Positions 8,549 to 18,438 are shown, counted from the stretch's first letter. The stretch is 64,000 nt of DNA from an uncultured delta proteobacterium (GCA_963696385.1 CAVOKF010000003.1:192001-256000), one strand, 5' to 3'. The notes: a model not told the origin generated them from the letters alone. Numbers and translations: made by a program.

Positions 8549-9946
8549 CCGTTCGCCCGAGCTCATCCGCTCGGGCGAATGGCTTTTATCCCGGGTTCGA
8601 GTGGGTCTCCGAGTGGCTGGTGCAGCGAATGCCAACGCGGCCACGAAGGGTGCCACGACAAGGCCATAACGTCCGGAGCCGAAAAATGCTGCATGGATTG
8701 CCACAGTCGCCAGGATGACTGCGGCCGTCACCGGCAAGATGGATGGTGCGCGGGTGAGTGATCGCCGACCCAAAAAGACCAAGCACGTTGCGACGCCGAT
8801 GTAACCGAGCCATCCGTGCACAGTCAGGGTTGCCGCGGCGCCGGCGAATGCCACGCCCTTGCGCGCCCCCATCCGCGGGCCATCCACGCGCGCCGAGGCC
8901 ACCAGCGCACCCAGCAAGAAGAGCCGGCAGACGATCGTCTCGAAACTCAGTAGGACGATTCGGGCGTTGTCATCGAAGGCCCCGGCGTTGCTTGCGTGCA
9001 GGTACCATGGCGCCGCCCCGAAGTAATCGAGGGTCATCGCGATCTTCGCGGGTGCGCGGGCCAACCAGGCCTCCGGCGCGTGCGCGATTTCGCTCAACGC
9101 CGAGCGTTGAAAGCACGCGTCTTTGGCCGCCTCGTCCCAGACCGTCGAACAGACGGCCGGAACGGTCACCGGCGCCCAGCCACCCGAACGCGTTGTCGCT
9201 CCAATGAGCAAATTCCAGCCCCCATTCACGCTGACAAGAGCGCATCGGTGCATCCTCCAGCAGTTTCGCACCGTCCAGGGGCCGATGCAGCCGAGCGCGA
9301 TGGCGGTCACGGCGGCGGCGCGCGCGAGCCGTGGCGCACGGGCAGTGGCGGCTTTGGCACTCAACACTCCGAACACAGGGGCGAGGACCAAGGACTGGGG
9401 ACGGACCAGCGTGGCAGCGGCCATGACGATCCCCAGCGCAACGAGCCAGGGCGCGGCACGTTCGGACGCGCGCGCGCGTGTGGCGAACGCGGCAGCCACG
9501 AGCAGCAAGGACGCCGTGACTCCTTCGGTCATGATGGCCACGGTGTACGGCACCAACGCGGGATGGAGGGCCACTGCCAGCCCTGCCGCGAGCGGTCGCC
9601 AGCGGGCAACCCCGGGGCCATCCACCAGACTGTGGGTCGCATAGGCCCCCGCGGCCCCGAGGCCCGCTTGGATGAGCATGGCGACGGTCGTCGAAGCTCC
9701 GAAGATCGCGTATCCAACGGCCAGGATGGCGGGGTAGCCCACGGGGTAATGGGCCGCATACGTGGTCAGGCCGTCCGGCCAGAGCCACGTGTATCCTGCG
9801 CCGCTCGCGAGACGACGGGCTAGAATGTCGTAATAGTGCCCATCCTCGACGGCGGGGAATCGCCCGTGCGCCCACGCAACGACTCCGAGTCGAACGACGA
9901 GCGCCACAGCCAGAGAGAACCACGCGTCGGCCCGTCCGGGTGTCAC
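8531..9946 (-). CDS. Polytopic membrane glycosyltransferase (GT-C, ArnT/PMT-like)
   Basis: DGHYYDILARRLASGAGY, HYPVGYP, MTEGV, LVRP and PWTVRN motifs with many TM helices. GTG start at 9946 overlaps the maf stop (GTGA). Confidence 0.78.
   Translation of the reverse strand: MTPGRADAWFSLAVALVVRLGVVAWAHGRFPAVEDGHYYDILARRLASGAGYTWLWPDGLTTYAAHYPVGYPAILAVGYAIFGASTTVAMLIQAGLGAAGAYATHSLVDGPGVARWRPLAAGLAVALHPALVPYTVAIMTEGVTASLLLVAAAFATRARASERAAPWLVALGIVMAAATLVRPQSLVLAPVFGVLSAKAATARAPRLARAAAVTAIALGCIGPWTVRNCWRMHRCALVSVNGGWNLLIGATTRSGGWAPVTVPAVCSTVWDEAAKDACFQRSALSEIAHAPEAWLARAPAKIAMTLDYFGAAPWYLHASNAGAFDDNARIVLLSFETIVCRLFLLGALVASARVDGPRMGARKGVAFAGAAATLTVHGWLGYIGVATCLVFLGRRSLTRAPSILPVTAAVILATVAIHAAFFGSGRYGLVVAPFVAALAFAAPATRRPTRTRDKSHSPERMSSGERVDVAL
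8552..8588 (+). terminator. Hairpin after rnpB, probable intrinsic terminator
   Basis: Perfect 11-bp inverted repeat TTCGCCCGAGC / GCTCGGGCGAA, followed by TGGCTTTTAT. Confidence 0.6.
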
Positions 9947-10551
9947 GGAGCCTCGAGCCAACCAAGCGCGCGGAGCGCCGCGAAGACTTCGCAAAGCGGG
10001 AGCCCGACCACGTTGGTGTAGCTCCCGTCGATTCGCCGAATGAACATGGCCGCCGATCCCTGGATGGCGTATCCGCCCGCCTTGTCCCTTCCCTCGCCGT
10101 TGACGGCGTAGGCGCTCGCCTCGTCGGGTTCGATCTCGCGAAACATCACGCGGGTCGTGATCGTCTCGGCACACGCCGGGCTCGCACCCGATGGATTCTC
10201 GGCGAGAAGGAAGCGCGTACTTACCTCGTGTACCGCTCCGGCGAGCCTCAAGATCATCGACCGAGCCTCGTTGACGTCCCGGGGCTTTCCGAGCAAGGCG
10301 CCGTCCGGCGCGATAACAATCGTGTCGGCGACAAGGCATGCTCCCGAGGGCGAGAGATCGAGCGCTCTCACGGCGTCGAGCTTGGCGCGCGCGACGCGCA
10401 CCAGGTAGCTTTGTGCGGATTCCGCGGGCTGCGCGCTTTCATCGATGTCCACGGAGCGCACCACGAAAGGAATCCCGGCCAGTCGCAGCAGCTCGGACCG
10501 CCGCGACGAAGCGCTTCCGAGAACGAGCGGCGATGCTCGCGAGATTCGCAC
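9943..10551 (-). CDS. maf: Maf family nucleoside triphosphate pyrophosphatase (YhdE-like)
   Basis: LVLGSASSRR, ADTIV, LGKP, DKAGGYAIQG, GSYTNVVGLP. Confidence 0.95.
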   Translation of the reverse strand: MRISRASPLVLGSASSRRSELLRLAGIPFVVRSVDIDESAQPAESAQSYLVRVARAKLDAVRALDLSPSGACLVADTIVIAPDGALLGKPRDVNEARSMILRLAGAVHEVSTRFLLAENPSGASPACAETITTRVMFREIEPDEASAYAVNGEGRDKAGGYAIQGSAAMFIRRIDGSYTNVVGLPLCEVFAALRALGWLEAP

Positions 10552-10590
10552 GCGCGCTGATTACCATAACGGTGATAAGGTCTGCCGCCG

Positions 10591-11601
10591 ATGCGCCCAC
10601 GCATCGCGCTTGTCGCGTTTTCTTGCGCCGCGTCGCTGACGCTCGCTGTCCGCCATTCTGCGGCGACGGACTGCTTCGGCATTTACAGCCCGTGTGTCAA
10701 TGACGATACGTTGTGGCCCCACGCCGGGTACGCGCGCTTCGAAAGCGTCGGATCCACGCAGACCATCGCTCCGCAGCAACTCGGCTTCGGTCTGGTCGCC
10801 AGCTACTTGTCGCGCCCTGTCGTTTTTCAGTTCCGCATGCCCAACGCATCGAGCGATCCATACGCCGTCGACAACCAGGGCGACGCCACGTTCTTGTGGT
10901 CCTACGGCATCGCCCGCCGGTTGGAACTCGACCTCGCGCTGCCGCTCACGATCGGCCAGAACGGAGCCGGGCTGAGTGCCGTGACCGGTGGAGGCCCCCT
11001 GAAGAACACCGCAGTTCGCGACATGCGGTTCGGTTTGATGTACACGATCGTGCCACACCAAGTGTCCACCCTGCAGGGCGGTCAAGGCGGGGTTGCTGCC
11101 CGCTTCGAGGTCAGTGCCCCGACGGGCGACCGCGACGAGTTCGCGGGCGAGCAATCGGGGGTGCTTTCGCCGAGTGTCGTCGCCGACTTCCGCGACGGCC
11201 CATGGTTGTTCGGAGCCGAATTGGGTTTGAGGCTGCGGCCGACGACCGAAGTCGCGGGGGCCCAGATCGGGTCCCAAGTGTTCACTTCGCTTGGCGTCGG
11301 TGTCGAGATTCTGCCGAGGGATTTGTTCACGGCGGCCGTCGAGGCGTGGGCGCTGCCGACGCTCGTGGGACAGGACACCCTGATTTTTCAAGACGACGCG
11401 GTCGTCAACCAGCCAAACGGAAAGTGGCTCGTGCCCGCCGAATGGCAGCTCACGGCGAGAACTGCACCGACGACTTGGGGCGACGTGTCGGTTCAGCTCG
11501 GCGGGGGCGGTGCGCTGCCCTTGACCGGCGAAATTCCCGTGACGACACCGCGTTTTCGCTTCACTTTGGCAATCCGCTGGGCGCCTACTCGCGCGCCATA
11601 G
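10591..11601 (+). CDS. Secreted / outer-membrane beta-barrel protein resembling the N-terminal barrel of myxobacterial OmpA/TraB-type proteins
   Basis: Signal peptide, then LGFGLVASYLSRPVV, RLELDLALP, DMRFG, PTGD..FAGE and a terminal amphipathic strand FRFTLAIRW. Confidence 0.55.
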   Translation: MRPRIALVAFSCAASLTLAVRHSAATDCFGIYSPCVNDDTLWPHAGYARFESVGSTQTIAPQQLGFGLVASYLSRPVVFQFRMPNASSDPYAVDNQGDATFLWSYGIARRLELDLALPLTIGQNGAGLSAVTGGGPLKNTAVRDMRFGLMYTIVPHQVSTLQGGQGGVAARFEVSAPTGDRDEFAGEQSGVLSPSVVADFRDGPWLFGAELGLRLRPTTEVAGAQIGSQVFTSLGVGVEILPRDLFTAAVEAWALPTLVGQDTLIFQDDAVVNQPNGKWLVPAEWQLTARTAPTTWGDVSVQLGGGGALPLTGEIPVTTPRFRFTLAIRWAPTRAP

Positions 11602-11652
11602 TCCGCGCAATCATCCCACGACGGTTTCGACCAACCTGGTATCAAGCGGCAC

Positions 11653-12486
11653 GTGACCTTCCGAGTTCATCGCAGCCAGAAATCCCGCCGTGTGGTCTTC
11701 CGCGCGTCGGGCGGCGAGTCTTTGCCCGATGCGCTCCTCACCTGCTTGCGCCAGGAGCAGGTTTCATGCGGCTGGCTGCGCGCGAGTGGTGTACTCATCG
11801 AGGTCGAGCTTCGCGTCTTCGACGCGGCCCTGAGCGCCTTAGGCGGTACTCGGCGTTTCGCCGGCCCCGTTCAGGTCCTCATGCTCGAGGGCGGGGTGGG
11901 GCTCTCGGGCGGCGAACCGTCCGTGTCGCTGCGTGCGCTCCTCTCTCAGGAGACCGACGCTCGGCTGGAGACCGTGGGGGGAGAGATCGCGAGCGCGCGC
12001 ATCGTGGCCTTCGAAGGCATGCTGGAGGTGTTCGACAATCTGCAGCTCGAGCGCTCGCTCGACGAATCGGCTGGCATCTGGCTGTTTCGCAGGGAGGCAG
12101 GCGGAACGCCGCAGCAACCGACGGCTGCGTCGCGGCCCGCTCTCGCATCCGGGTGGACGACGGCACTCGAGGCGAGCGCCGAGACCGATCGCGAACCAGG
12201 CGCTCATCCGCGCTCAGGGGAGGGCGGCGCCATGCCGGCCCCGATCCGGTATCAGCGGCAAGCTCGCCCCGGCGCAGACCTGGACGCGCCCGTCCCCGAG
12301 CCCGGCGACATCGTCGAGCACTTTGCGTTCGGCCCATGCGACGTCGTCAAGAGCGACGGCGATCGTTTGCATCTTCGCGTGCACAAGGACGGCCGCATCC
12401 GAGAAATCGCGCTCGAAATGCTTCGCGTCGCGCGTCTCGACGATGCCACGGGGGCGCGGCGCTTCAGGCTCGAGCGAAGAATATGA
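11653..12486 (+). CDS. PPC/DUF296 domain protein with a C-terminal SH3/Tudor-like domain
   Basis: N-terminal PPC pattern (GESLPDAL...GWLRASG...L.GG..), and C-terminal PEPGDIVEHFAFGPCDVV. Confidence 0.65.
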   Translation: MTFRVHRSQKSRRVVFRASGGESLPDALLTCLRQEQVSCGWLRASGVLIEVELRVFDAALSALGGTRRFAGPVQVLMLEGGVGLSGGEPSVSLRALLSQETDARLETVGGEIASARIVAFEGMLEVFDNLQLERSLDESAGIWLFRREAGGTPQQPTAASRPALASGWTTALEASAETDREPGAHPRSGEGGAMPAPIRYQRQARPGADLDAPVPEPGDIVEHFAFGPCDVVKSDGDRLHLRVHKDGRIREIALEMLRVARLDDATGARRFRLERRI

Positions 12487-12596
12487 TGTGTCCTCGTGGC
12501 GACGAAGCGATGGGAGGCGTGACGGTTCGCTTGACGCTGCCTCTTGGAAACGATTAAGCCACGGCCAGGCAGTTTCTCGACAGATTGGAGGAATGG

Positions 12597-13148
12597 ATGA
12601 TGAGTCCGCATGGTCGCCATCTGGCCCGGGTCGCTCTCGCGCTCGCGGTCTCTTCGCTTTTGGCTTGCGGCGAAGAGCCTCCCCCGAAGACGGCCCAGGC
12701 CGTGGCGCCCCAGCCCTCGGCGACGCCACCGGCCAATCGCCTTCCATCGCAACCGCCCGACTCACCGACCGCGAGTGCCGTGCGCATCTCGGACGAAATC
12801 GTGAAGGCGTGCGGGATCAGCGAACCAGACGCTTACTTTGCGTTCGACTCGGCTCACCTGCGGCCGGACGACACTCGGGTGTTGGACCAGGTCACCGCGT
12901 GTTTCTCCACCGGGCCGCTCAAGGGACGCACGCTGAAGCTCGTCGGTCATGCCGATCCTCGCGGGGGCAGCGACTACAATATGACCTTGGGCCAATCCAG
13001 AGCCGACTCGGTTGCCGGGTACATGCTCGGGCATGGAATGGATCGGTCGAAGACGGAGTCGACCTCCCGTGGCGCCATCGATGCCACGGGCACCGACGAG
13101 CCCACGTGGGCTCGCGATCGACGCGTCGACCTGATGGTTGGACAGTGA
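12597..13148 (+). CDS. pal: Peptidoglycan-associated lipoprotein (OmpA-like C-terminal domain)
   Basis: GGAGGA RBS before ATG 12597, lipobox LLAC, YFAFDS, GHADPRG..YNMTLGQSRA and DRRVD. First gene of a tol cluster. Confidence 0.85.
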   Translation: MMSPHGRHLARVALALAVSSLLACGEEPPPKTAQAVAPQPSATPPANRLPSQPPDSPTASAVRISDEIVKACGISEPDAYFAFDSAHLRPDDTRVLDQVTACFSTGPLKGRTLKLVGHADPRGGSDYNMTLGQSRADSVAGYMLGHGMDRSKTESTSRGAIDATGTDEPTWARDRRVDLMVGQ

Positions 13149-13164
13149 CCGCTCGAGCCGACCG

Positions 13165-13905
13165 ATGATTCGCCTTCAGGCCACGCCGGGGGCGGCCCTT
13201 GCGGCAGACGCGCCCATGATGCGCCTGGATCTCGTCGCCCTCTTTACCCATGCCGCGTGGCCGATCAAGATGACGATCGGGTTGCTCATCGGATGCTCGC
13301 TCCTCGTGTGGATCATTTCGGTGCTCAAGTTCTTGCAGCTCGCGCGGCTGTACGTCACGCAGTCCGACTTTGATCGCAGGGCGCGGCATGCCGGGTCGAT
13401 CGCGGAGCTGTTCGAACTGGCGCAATCGCACCGATCGCCCGGCGCCCGGGTGATTGGCCAGGTGTACGCTCGGGGCGCGGGAGCGCAGATGGCGCGGCTC
13501 CGGGCGCTCGCCGATCGGGCGATCGTCACGGAGGCCCATGGCGCACGGGAGCTCATGTGGTTATTGGCCTTCATTGCCGCGGGAAGCCCGTTCATCGGCC
13601 TCTTCGGTACGGTCTACGGAATCATGGACGCGTTCATTCGCATCGGAGCCGCCAAGACGGCGAGTCTGCCCGTCGTCGCGCCGGCGATCGGCGAGGCTCT
13701 CATCACGACGGCGATAGGCCTCGCGGCGGCGATTCCGGCCGTTTTCTTTTACAACTGGATCGACAAGCGAATCGGCGACTTCGTGGTCGAGCTCGAGGCG
13801 GCGACCGCCGAGTGGGTGGCGCTGATGGCTGAGCACGCACCCGCGGCCGACGGCGCGATTCCGCTCGTTGCCAACGCTCGCCCCGGCGGCTACCGGTCGC
13901 GGTAG
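13165..13905 (+). CDS. tolQ: MotA/TolQ/ExbB proton channel protein
   Basis: SPFIGLFGTVYGIMDAF and APAIGEALITTAIGLAAAIPAV. Start could be 13165 or ~13216. Confidence 0.9.
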   Translation: MIRLQATPGAALAADAPMMRLDLVALFTHAAWPIKMTIGLLIGCSLLVWIISVLKFLQLARLYVTQSDFDRRARHAGSIAELFELAQSHRSPGARVIGQVYARGAGAQMARLRALADRAIVTEAHGARELMWLLAFIAAGSPFIGLFGTVYGIMDAFIRIGAAKTASLPVVAPAIGEALITTAIGLAAAIPAVFFYNWIDKRIGDFVVELEAATAEWVALMAEHAPAADGAIPLVANARPGGYRSR

Positions 13906-13920
13906 CCGGAGAAGCACGCG

Positions 13921-14337
13921 ATGGCGCTCTCGATGGGCAATCGCGGAGGCGGAGGTTTCCGCGAGATCAACGTCACGCCGCTCGTCGACGTGATGCTCGT
14001 CCTGCTCATCGTGTTCATGGTCACGGCGCCACTGCTGACGACCGGCCTGCACATCGATTTGCCCGAGGTCCAGGCGACCAACACTCCGATCAAAGACGCG
14101 AAGCTCGTCGTTTCGATCACCAAAGAGGAGCGCATCTTGTTTGGCGAGGTCGACGTCACAAGCGACGTCGAGAGGGTGTTACTCGACAATTCTCGCGTCC
14201 AAAAGGAGCATGAGCTCTACATCCGGGCGGACAAAGACGCCCGCTATGGGGTCGTTGCGCGTGCGGTCGCGGCCTCGCGAGCCGCGGGAGTCACTTCGCT
14301 GAACCTTCTCGTGGACCCGGAGGAGCTCAAGCCGTGA
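13921..14337 (+). CDS. tolR: ExbD/TolR biopolymer transport protein
   Basis: EINVTPLVDVMLVLLIVFMVTAP and IRADK..YG.V. Confidence 0.92.
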   Translation: MALSMGNRGGGGFREINVTPLVDVMLVLLIVFMVTAPLLTTGLHIDLPEVQATNTPIKDAKLVVSITKEERILFGEVDVTSDVERVLLDNSRVQKEHELYIRADKDARYGVVARAVAASRAAGVTSLNLLVDPEELKP

Positions 14338-15134
14338 CGAGCGGCGCGGCACGAACATTCGACGCACACGACCTGACCATTGCGTTTGCCGTCGCGTTGC
14401 TGGCGCAAATCGGCTTCGTCGCGGCGTTCTCGCTGCCCACTCCCGCGCTCGTGCAAGCGGATATCTCGAACGACAACGCGCAGCCCATCTCCGTCGCCAT
14501 CACACCTGTGCTCAAGCTGGGCAGCAAGGCGCCCACGAAGGCCGCCTCGATGTGGGAGCGCAGGCACCCGGTCGCCTCGAAGGCAAAGCCCGCCGCCGCC
14601 TTGCCCTCGACCCAAGCAGAAAAAACGCCCGAGGCGATCCCGAGCGTCTCGGTTCCCGACGCCTCGGTGGCGCCCCGATCCGTGCCGGACGCCGGGCGCG
14701 CGGAGCCGAATCTCACCGCGCCGGAGGACGCGGGCGGAGCACCCACCGCATCATCGATTCAGGGCTCTGAACAGGGTGCCGTCAACGGGACCGAGACCGA
14801 TCCGCTCAAGGCCCGCGCCGTCGATATGTATCGCGCCCAGCTGCAGGCATGGTTTGCCGCGCGATTCGCCGTCCGCGGCAAAATTCCATTCGAAAAATTG
14901 AAGACCCTGCATGCTGCGGCCCAAGTCACTATCAACCCGGATCGCAAGGTGACAAGCTTTTCCATCACGCGTAGAAGCGGGGATTCGATCTTCGACGGCG
15001 CCGTCGAATCGATGCTGGTACAAATGGAGTCGAGCGGCGTCGAGTTACCCGCGCCTCCTCCGATGTATCCGGATACCCTTGGCAGCAGTCTCCCGGTGGC
15101 ATTTCAGTGCAACGTGCAGAGAGACTGCGAATGA
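14334..15134 (+). CDS. tolA: TolA/TonB-like energy transducer
   Basis: N-terminal TM, Pro/Ala-rich stalk, C-terminal domain with SGDSIFDGAV...LPAPP. Lies between tolR and tolB with overlapping start/stop codons. Confidence 0.75.
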   Translation: MTSGAARTFDAHDLTIAFAVALLAQIGFVAAFSLPTPALVQADISNDNAQPISVAITPVLKLGSKAPTKAASMWERRHPVASKAKPAAALPSTQAEKTPEAIPSVSVPDASVAPRSVPDAGRAEPNLTAPEDAGGAPTASSIQGSEQGAVNGTETDPLKARAVDMYRAQLQAWFAARFAVRGKIPFEKLKTLHAAAQVTINPDRKVTSFSITRRSGDSIFDGAVESMLVQMESSGVELPAPPPMYPDTLGSSLPVAFQCNVQRDCE

Positions 15135-16522
15135 ACGGCTCGGGGCGTCTGTGGATTTTGGCCGCAATCGGCGCCCTGGTCGGTGCCCGTGGCCGGACGG
15201 CGTCTGCGGGGGATCCGCCGCCACCGGGGTCCACATCCGCGAGCAGCGCGCCCGACGAAAGCCTGCTGGGCACGGTCGAGGTCAATGGTGCCGCAGGGCT
15301 TCCCCCCTTGCCGAAATTGGCGGTCGTGCCCATCGTCACGACCGGGAGCGCTGACAGTGTCGCGAACCTCGTTGTTCGGCGGGACATGGAGCTCAGCGGG
15401 CAATTCGACGTGATGGACGAGAGCGCGTCACCAGCGGGCCCGTTCACCCATACGACCCCCGTTGATCTCGGCGCCTGGCGCGGCAAGGGCGCCGAGTACG
15501 TTCTTCGGATTCTGGCCGAGCCGGCGCCCAACGACTCCATCCGCACCCAGCTCGTCGGCGAGGCGTACGTGACGCCGGCGCGCGCCGTGAGCGATCCGGC
15601 CTCGGATCCCAAACCAGCCTTCCGAACCATCGTGCCGACGTCCACCTTGGAGGTGCGGGCCGCTTCGCATCGGCTCGCCGATCAGCTGCTCGGAGCGTTG
15701 ACGGGGCGGCCGGGCGGGTTCGCGAGTCAGATGGCGTACGCCGAGACGGTTGGACGTTGGCGGAGAGTCTTCGCCATCGACGCGGATGGATTCGATCTTC
15801 GATCGATCGGACCGACGGACGCCATCGCGCTGTCGCCTGCGTTCGGTCCGAACGATCAGATATTTTACGCCCTTTCGCGCGACGACTCTCCGTTTCGCCT
15901 CGTCTTCGGCCCGAACGCCATTGCCGTCCCTCTTTCGGTTCCGGGGTCGGTTCTCGGCGTCGGGTTCAGCGCCGACCGCGCGCGCATCGCACTCAGTGTC
16001 ATGGACGAGGGACGGAGCGAGCTTTGGACCGGGGACCGAGGCAACATCAAGCGCACCGATGCGCCGCCGTTCGCCAATCACCCGGTCTTTGGTCCGTTCG
16101 GTAGAATGGCCTACGTCGCCGGATCGCCGGTGCAGCGCGTTTACGTCAACGGCAAGGCCGTTTCGCCACCGGGCTTCATGGCGAGTGCGCCCGTCTTTTG
16201 CGATACGCCCCAAGGCTTGCTCATCATTTACACGGTCGGCGTGGGCAGCGGCGCCGATATCGTGGCATCCGATAGCGGCGGAGGGGGCGTACGACGGCTT
16301 ACGCAACACGAAGGAGCCAATACCTACGCCGCATGCAGCCCGGACGGACGGCTCGTCTCCTTCTTTTCGACGGGCAAGGTGAAGCGAATCGGAGCGGCTC
16401 AGGACGAGGGCGCGGGGCTATTCATCATGCCCATCGCGCGTCCGTGGCTCGCAAGGAAAATCTCGAGCGAAGTGGGCGAATCGCTCCGCTGGGAGCCGCT
16501 GCCGCCCGTGGGACCCCGATAA
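15131..16522 (+). CDS. tolB: TolB-like periplasmic beta-propeller protein
   Basis: Signal peptide, DMELSGQF, HRLADQLLGALTGRPGGFASQMAY and PD40-type repeats (SPAFGP, SPDGR). Confidence 0.85.
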   Translation: MNGSGRLWILAAIGALVGARGRTASAGDPPPPGSTSASSAPDESLLGTVEVNGAAGLPPLPKLAVVPIVTTGSADSVANLVVRRDMELSGQFDVMDESASPAGPFTHTTPVDLGAWRGKGAEYVLRILAEPAPNDSIRTQLVGEAYVTPARAVSDPASDPKPAFRTIVPTSTLEVRAASHRLADQLLGALTGRPGGFASQMAYAETVGRWRRVFAIDADGFDLRSIGPTDAIALSPAFGPNDQIFYALSRDDSPFRLVFGPNAIAVPLSVPGSVLGVGFSADRARIALSVMDEGRSELWTGDRGNIKRTDAPPFANHPVFGPFGRMAYVAGSPVQRVYVNGKAVSPPGFMASAPVFCDTPQGLLIIYTVGVGSGADIVASDSGGGGVRRLTQHEGANTYAACSPDGRLVSFFSTGKVKRIGAAQDEGAGLFIMPIARPWLARKISSEVGESLRWEPLPPVGPR

Positions 16523-16542
16523 CGGCGTCTGGGACGGGCGGA

Positions 16543-17487
16543 TTAAGGACCGCCTTCGCGGACCACGCTTTGACCCGTCGCTGCAGGCGGCGTCGAGTCT
16601 CCAGACGGCAAGAGGGCAAACTCGATCCGCCGGTTCAGCGCGCGATTGTCGGGACGGTCATTTTCGATCCACGGATCGAACGAGCCCGCGGCAGCCACGA
16701 CGAGCGACGTTGGCGGCACTCCGACCGACACAAGAAACTCGACGACGGAAACGGATCGAGCCGCGGTGAGTGTCCAGGATGACGGAGACGCTCTTGTACC
16801 ATGGGTAGGCCTCTCCTGCTCCTTGTCCTCCACGCCATCGCTGTCGGCCGTCACGAGAAAACGCCGATGGCTCGACCGAGGGGACGTCGTTTCGATCGCG
16901 CGTGCGATTTCCATCAACGCTCCCTTCCCAGCGCTGCGCAGTTCCGAACGGCCTTGGTCAAACAGGAGATCGCCTTGGACGTTCATGACGAACTCGCCGC
17001 GTCGCGAATCGATGCGGATCTGTCCAGCGTCGATGAGCGGTTTGAATCGCTGCTGGAAATCCCGGAAAATCTGCGCACGTTCCTCGGCAACGGCTTGCGC
17101 CTTGCGAAGCTCTTGCAGGCGAAATTTCGCGTCGTCCAAAGCCTTGGCCAACGTACCTCGCTCCGCCAACATCTTGTCCACGTCGGTGCCCAACCGCTGC
17201 AATTCGCCTCGCAATTGCTGATTGATTGCGGTGGCCTCGTCGAGCTGGGCTTGCACGTTGTGCGACGCGGTCGACAGATCGACCAACTTAGCGTCACGCT
17301 CTTGCACGGCCGCCTGTACAGAAGACAGCTGCTGCATCAGACCCTGCAGGCGCGCTGCGTCGTCTCTCTGCCTGGCGACGGCGTCCGCCCGAACTCTCGC
17401 GTCATCGGCGATGCACTCGTCGTAGTGCGTCTTCGAAACACAGCCGGCGGAAACCGCCACCCATAACAGTGCTGGGACGAGACGCAT
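16543..17487 (-). CDS. Coiled-coil lipoprotein with an OmpA/MotB-like C-terminal domain
   Basis: Lipobox SAGC followed by VSK, heptad-rich middle, LLFDQGRSEL and NRALNRRIE. Confidence 0.85.
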   Translation of the reverse strand: MRLVPALLWVAVSAGCVSKTHYDECIADDARVRADAVARQRDDAARLQGLMQQLSSVQAAVQERDAKLVDLSTASHNVQAQLDEATAINQQLRGELQRLGTDVDKMLAERGTLAKALDDAKFRLQELRKAQAVAEERAQIFRDFQQRFKPLIDAGQIRIDSRRGEFVMNVQGDLLFDQGRSELRSAGKGALMEIARAIETTSPRSSHRRFLVTADSDGVEDKEQERPTHGTRASPSSWTLTAARSVSVVEFLVSVGVPPTSLVVAAAGSFDPWIENDRPDNRALNRRIEFALLPSGDSTPPAATGQSVVREGGP

Positions 17488-17511
17488 CGATCGCGCCCTG
17501 TTGCCATACCG

Positions 17512-18438
17512 TCAAGTCGGCGGGGCGACCACTCGCCCGCGCACACCGCCGACCGAAACGACGCGACCGACGTCCGCAAACGGTCGCTTCAGCATCGCCA
17601 GAGCGAGAGGATGCCCGTAGGTCGGCGATGCCACAGCGCTCGTGACTTCGCCCGCGGGCGACCGGTCATCCGCCGTGACGCTCGCCCCCGCGGCAGGCGC
17701 GTCGCCTCCTTCGAGCTCAAGTACGACGAGCTTTCGCTTTACGTGACCGCGCATCTCGAGCATGCAAACCACCTCTTGACCCAGGTAGCAGCCCTTATCG
17801 AAGCTCACGGCGGCCTTCTCGAGCGCTGCCTCCTGCGGATACGTCGCGTCGCCGAAATCGACGCCGAATTCGGGAATGCCACGCTCGAGGCGCAACGCTT
17901 TCCAGCCGTCGGAAGCCCCGGTAACGCCACCGAGGGCATGCGCCGCTGCTTCGATCGCCCTACCCGCTTGGGCGTCAACCTCTTCGGGGATCACCACGAT
18001 GGCTCCGCCAAGACCCGTGCGATCGACGATCGAACCGATTGCGCCGGCATCGCAAGCGGCCGCAAGGACGTCTCCGGATCGGGGCCCGTGCAAAGAAACG
18101 ACGGAAAACGCATCTGTGCGCGACGCCACATGCGCGTCCTCCATCACCAGGTAGTGGTCGAGGTGCCGCCTAAGGGTGTCTACCACCGACGACGGCACAG
18201 ACACGAATACCTTTTCGCCGGCGTCGGCGATGAGCGCGTCCGCCAGGATCCGCCCGTTGCGCGCGACGAACAATCCGTACGTCGCGTACCCCTCACGCCG
18301 CTTGAGCAAATCGCAGGTGACCAAGCCGTTGAGCCACGAAACGCGGTCGCCGCCGGTGACCACGAGCGTCGCTCGGCCGCTCTCCGATAGCGCGAGCACA
18401 CGGTGCCGCGCAGCGGTCACTTGGTCTCTGACATCCAT
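17512..18438 (-). CDS. ygfZ: Folate-binding Fe-S maintenance protein (YgfZ/GcvT family)
   Basis: Signature SFDKGCYLGQE, plus GGDRVSWLNGLVTCD. ATG 18438 preferred over the upstream TTG. Confidence 0.92.
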   Translation of the reverse strand: MDVRDQVTAARHRVLALSESGRATLVVTGGDRVSWLNGLVTCDLLKRREGYATYGLFVARNGRILADALIADAGEKVFVSVPSSVVDTLRRHLDHYLVMEDAHVASRTDAFSVVSLHGPRSGDVLAAACDAGAIGSIVDRTGLGGAIVVIPEEVDAQAGRAIEAAAHALGGVTGASDGWKALRLERGIPEFGVDFGDATYPQEAALEKAAVSFDKGCYLGQEVVCMLEMRGHVKRKLVVLELEGGDAPAAGASVTADDRSPAGEVTSAVASPTYGHPLALAMLKRPFADVGRVVSVGGVRGRVVAPPT

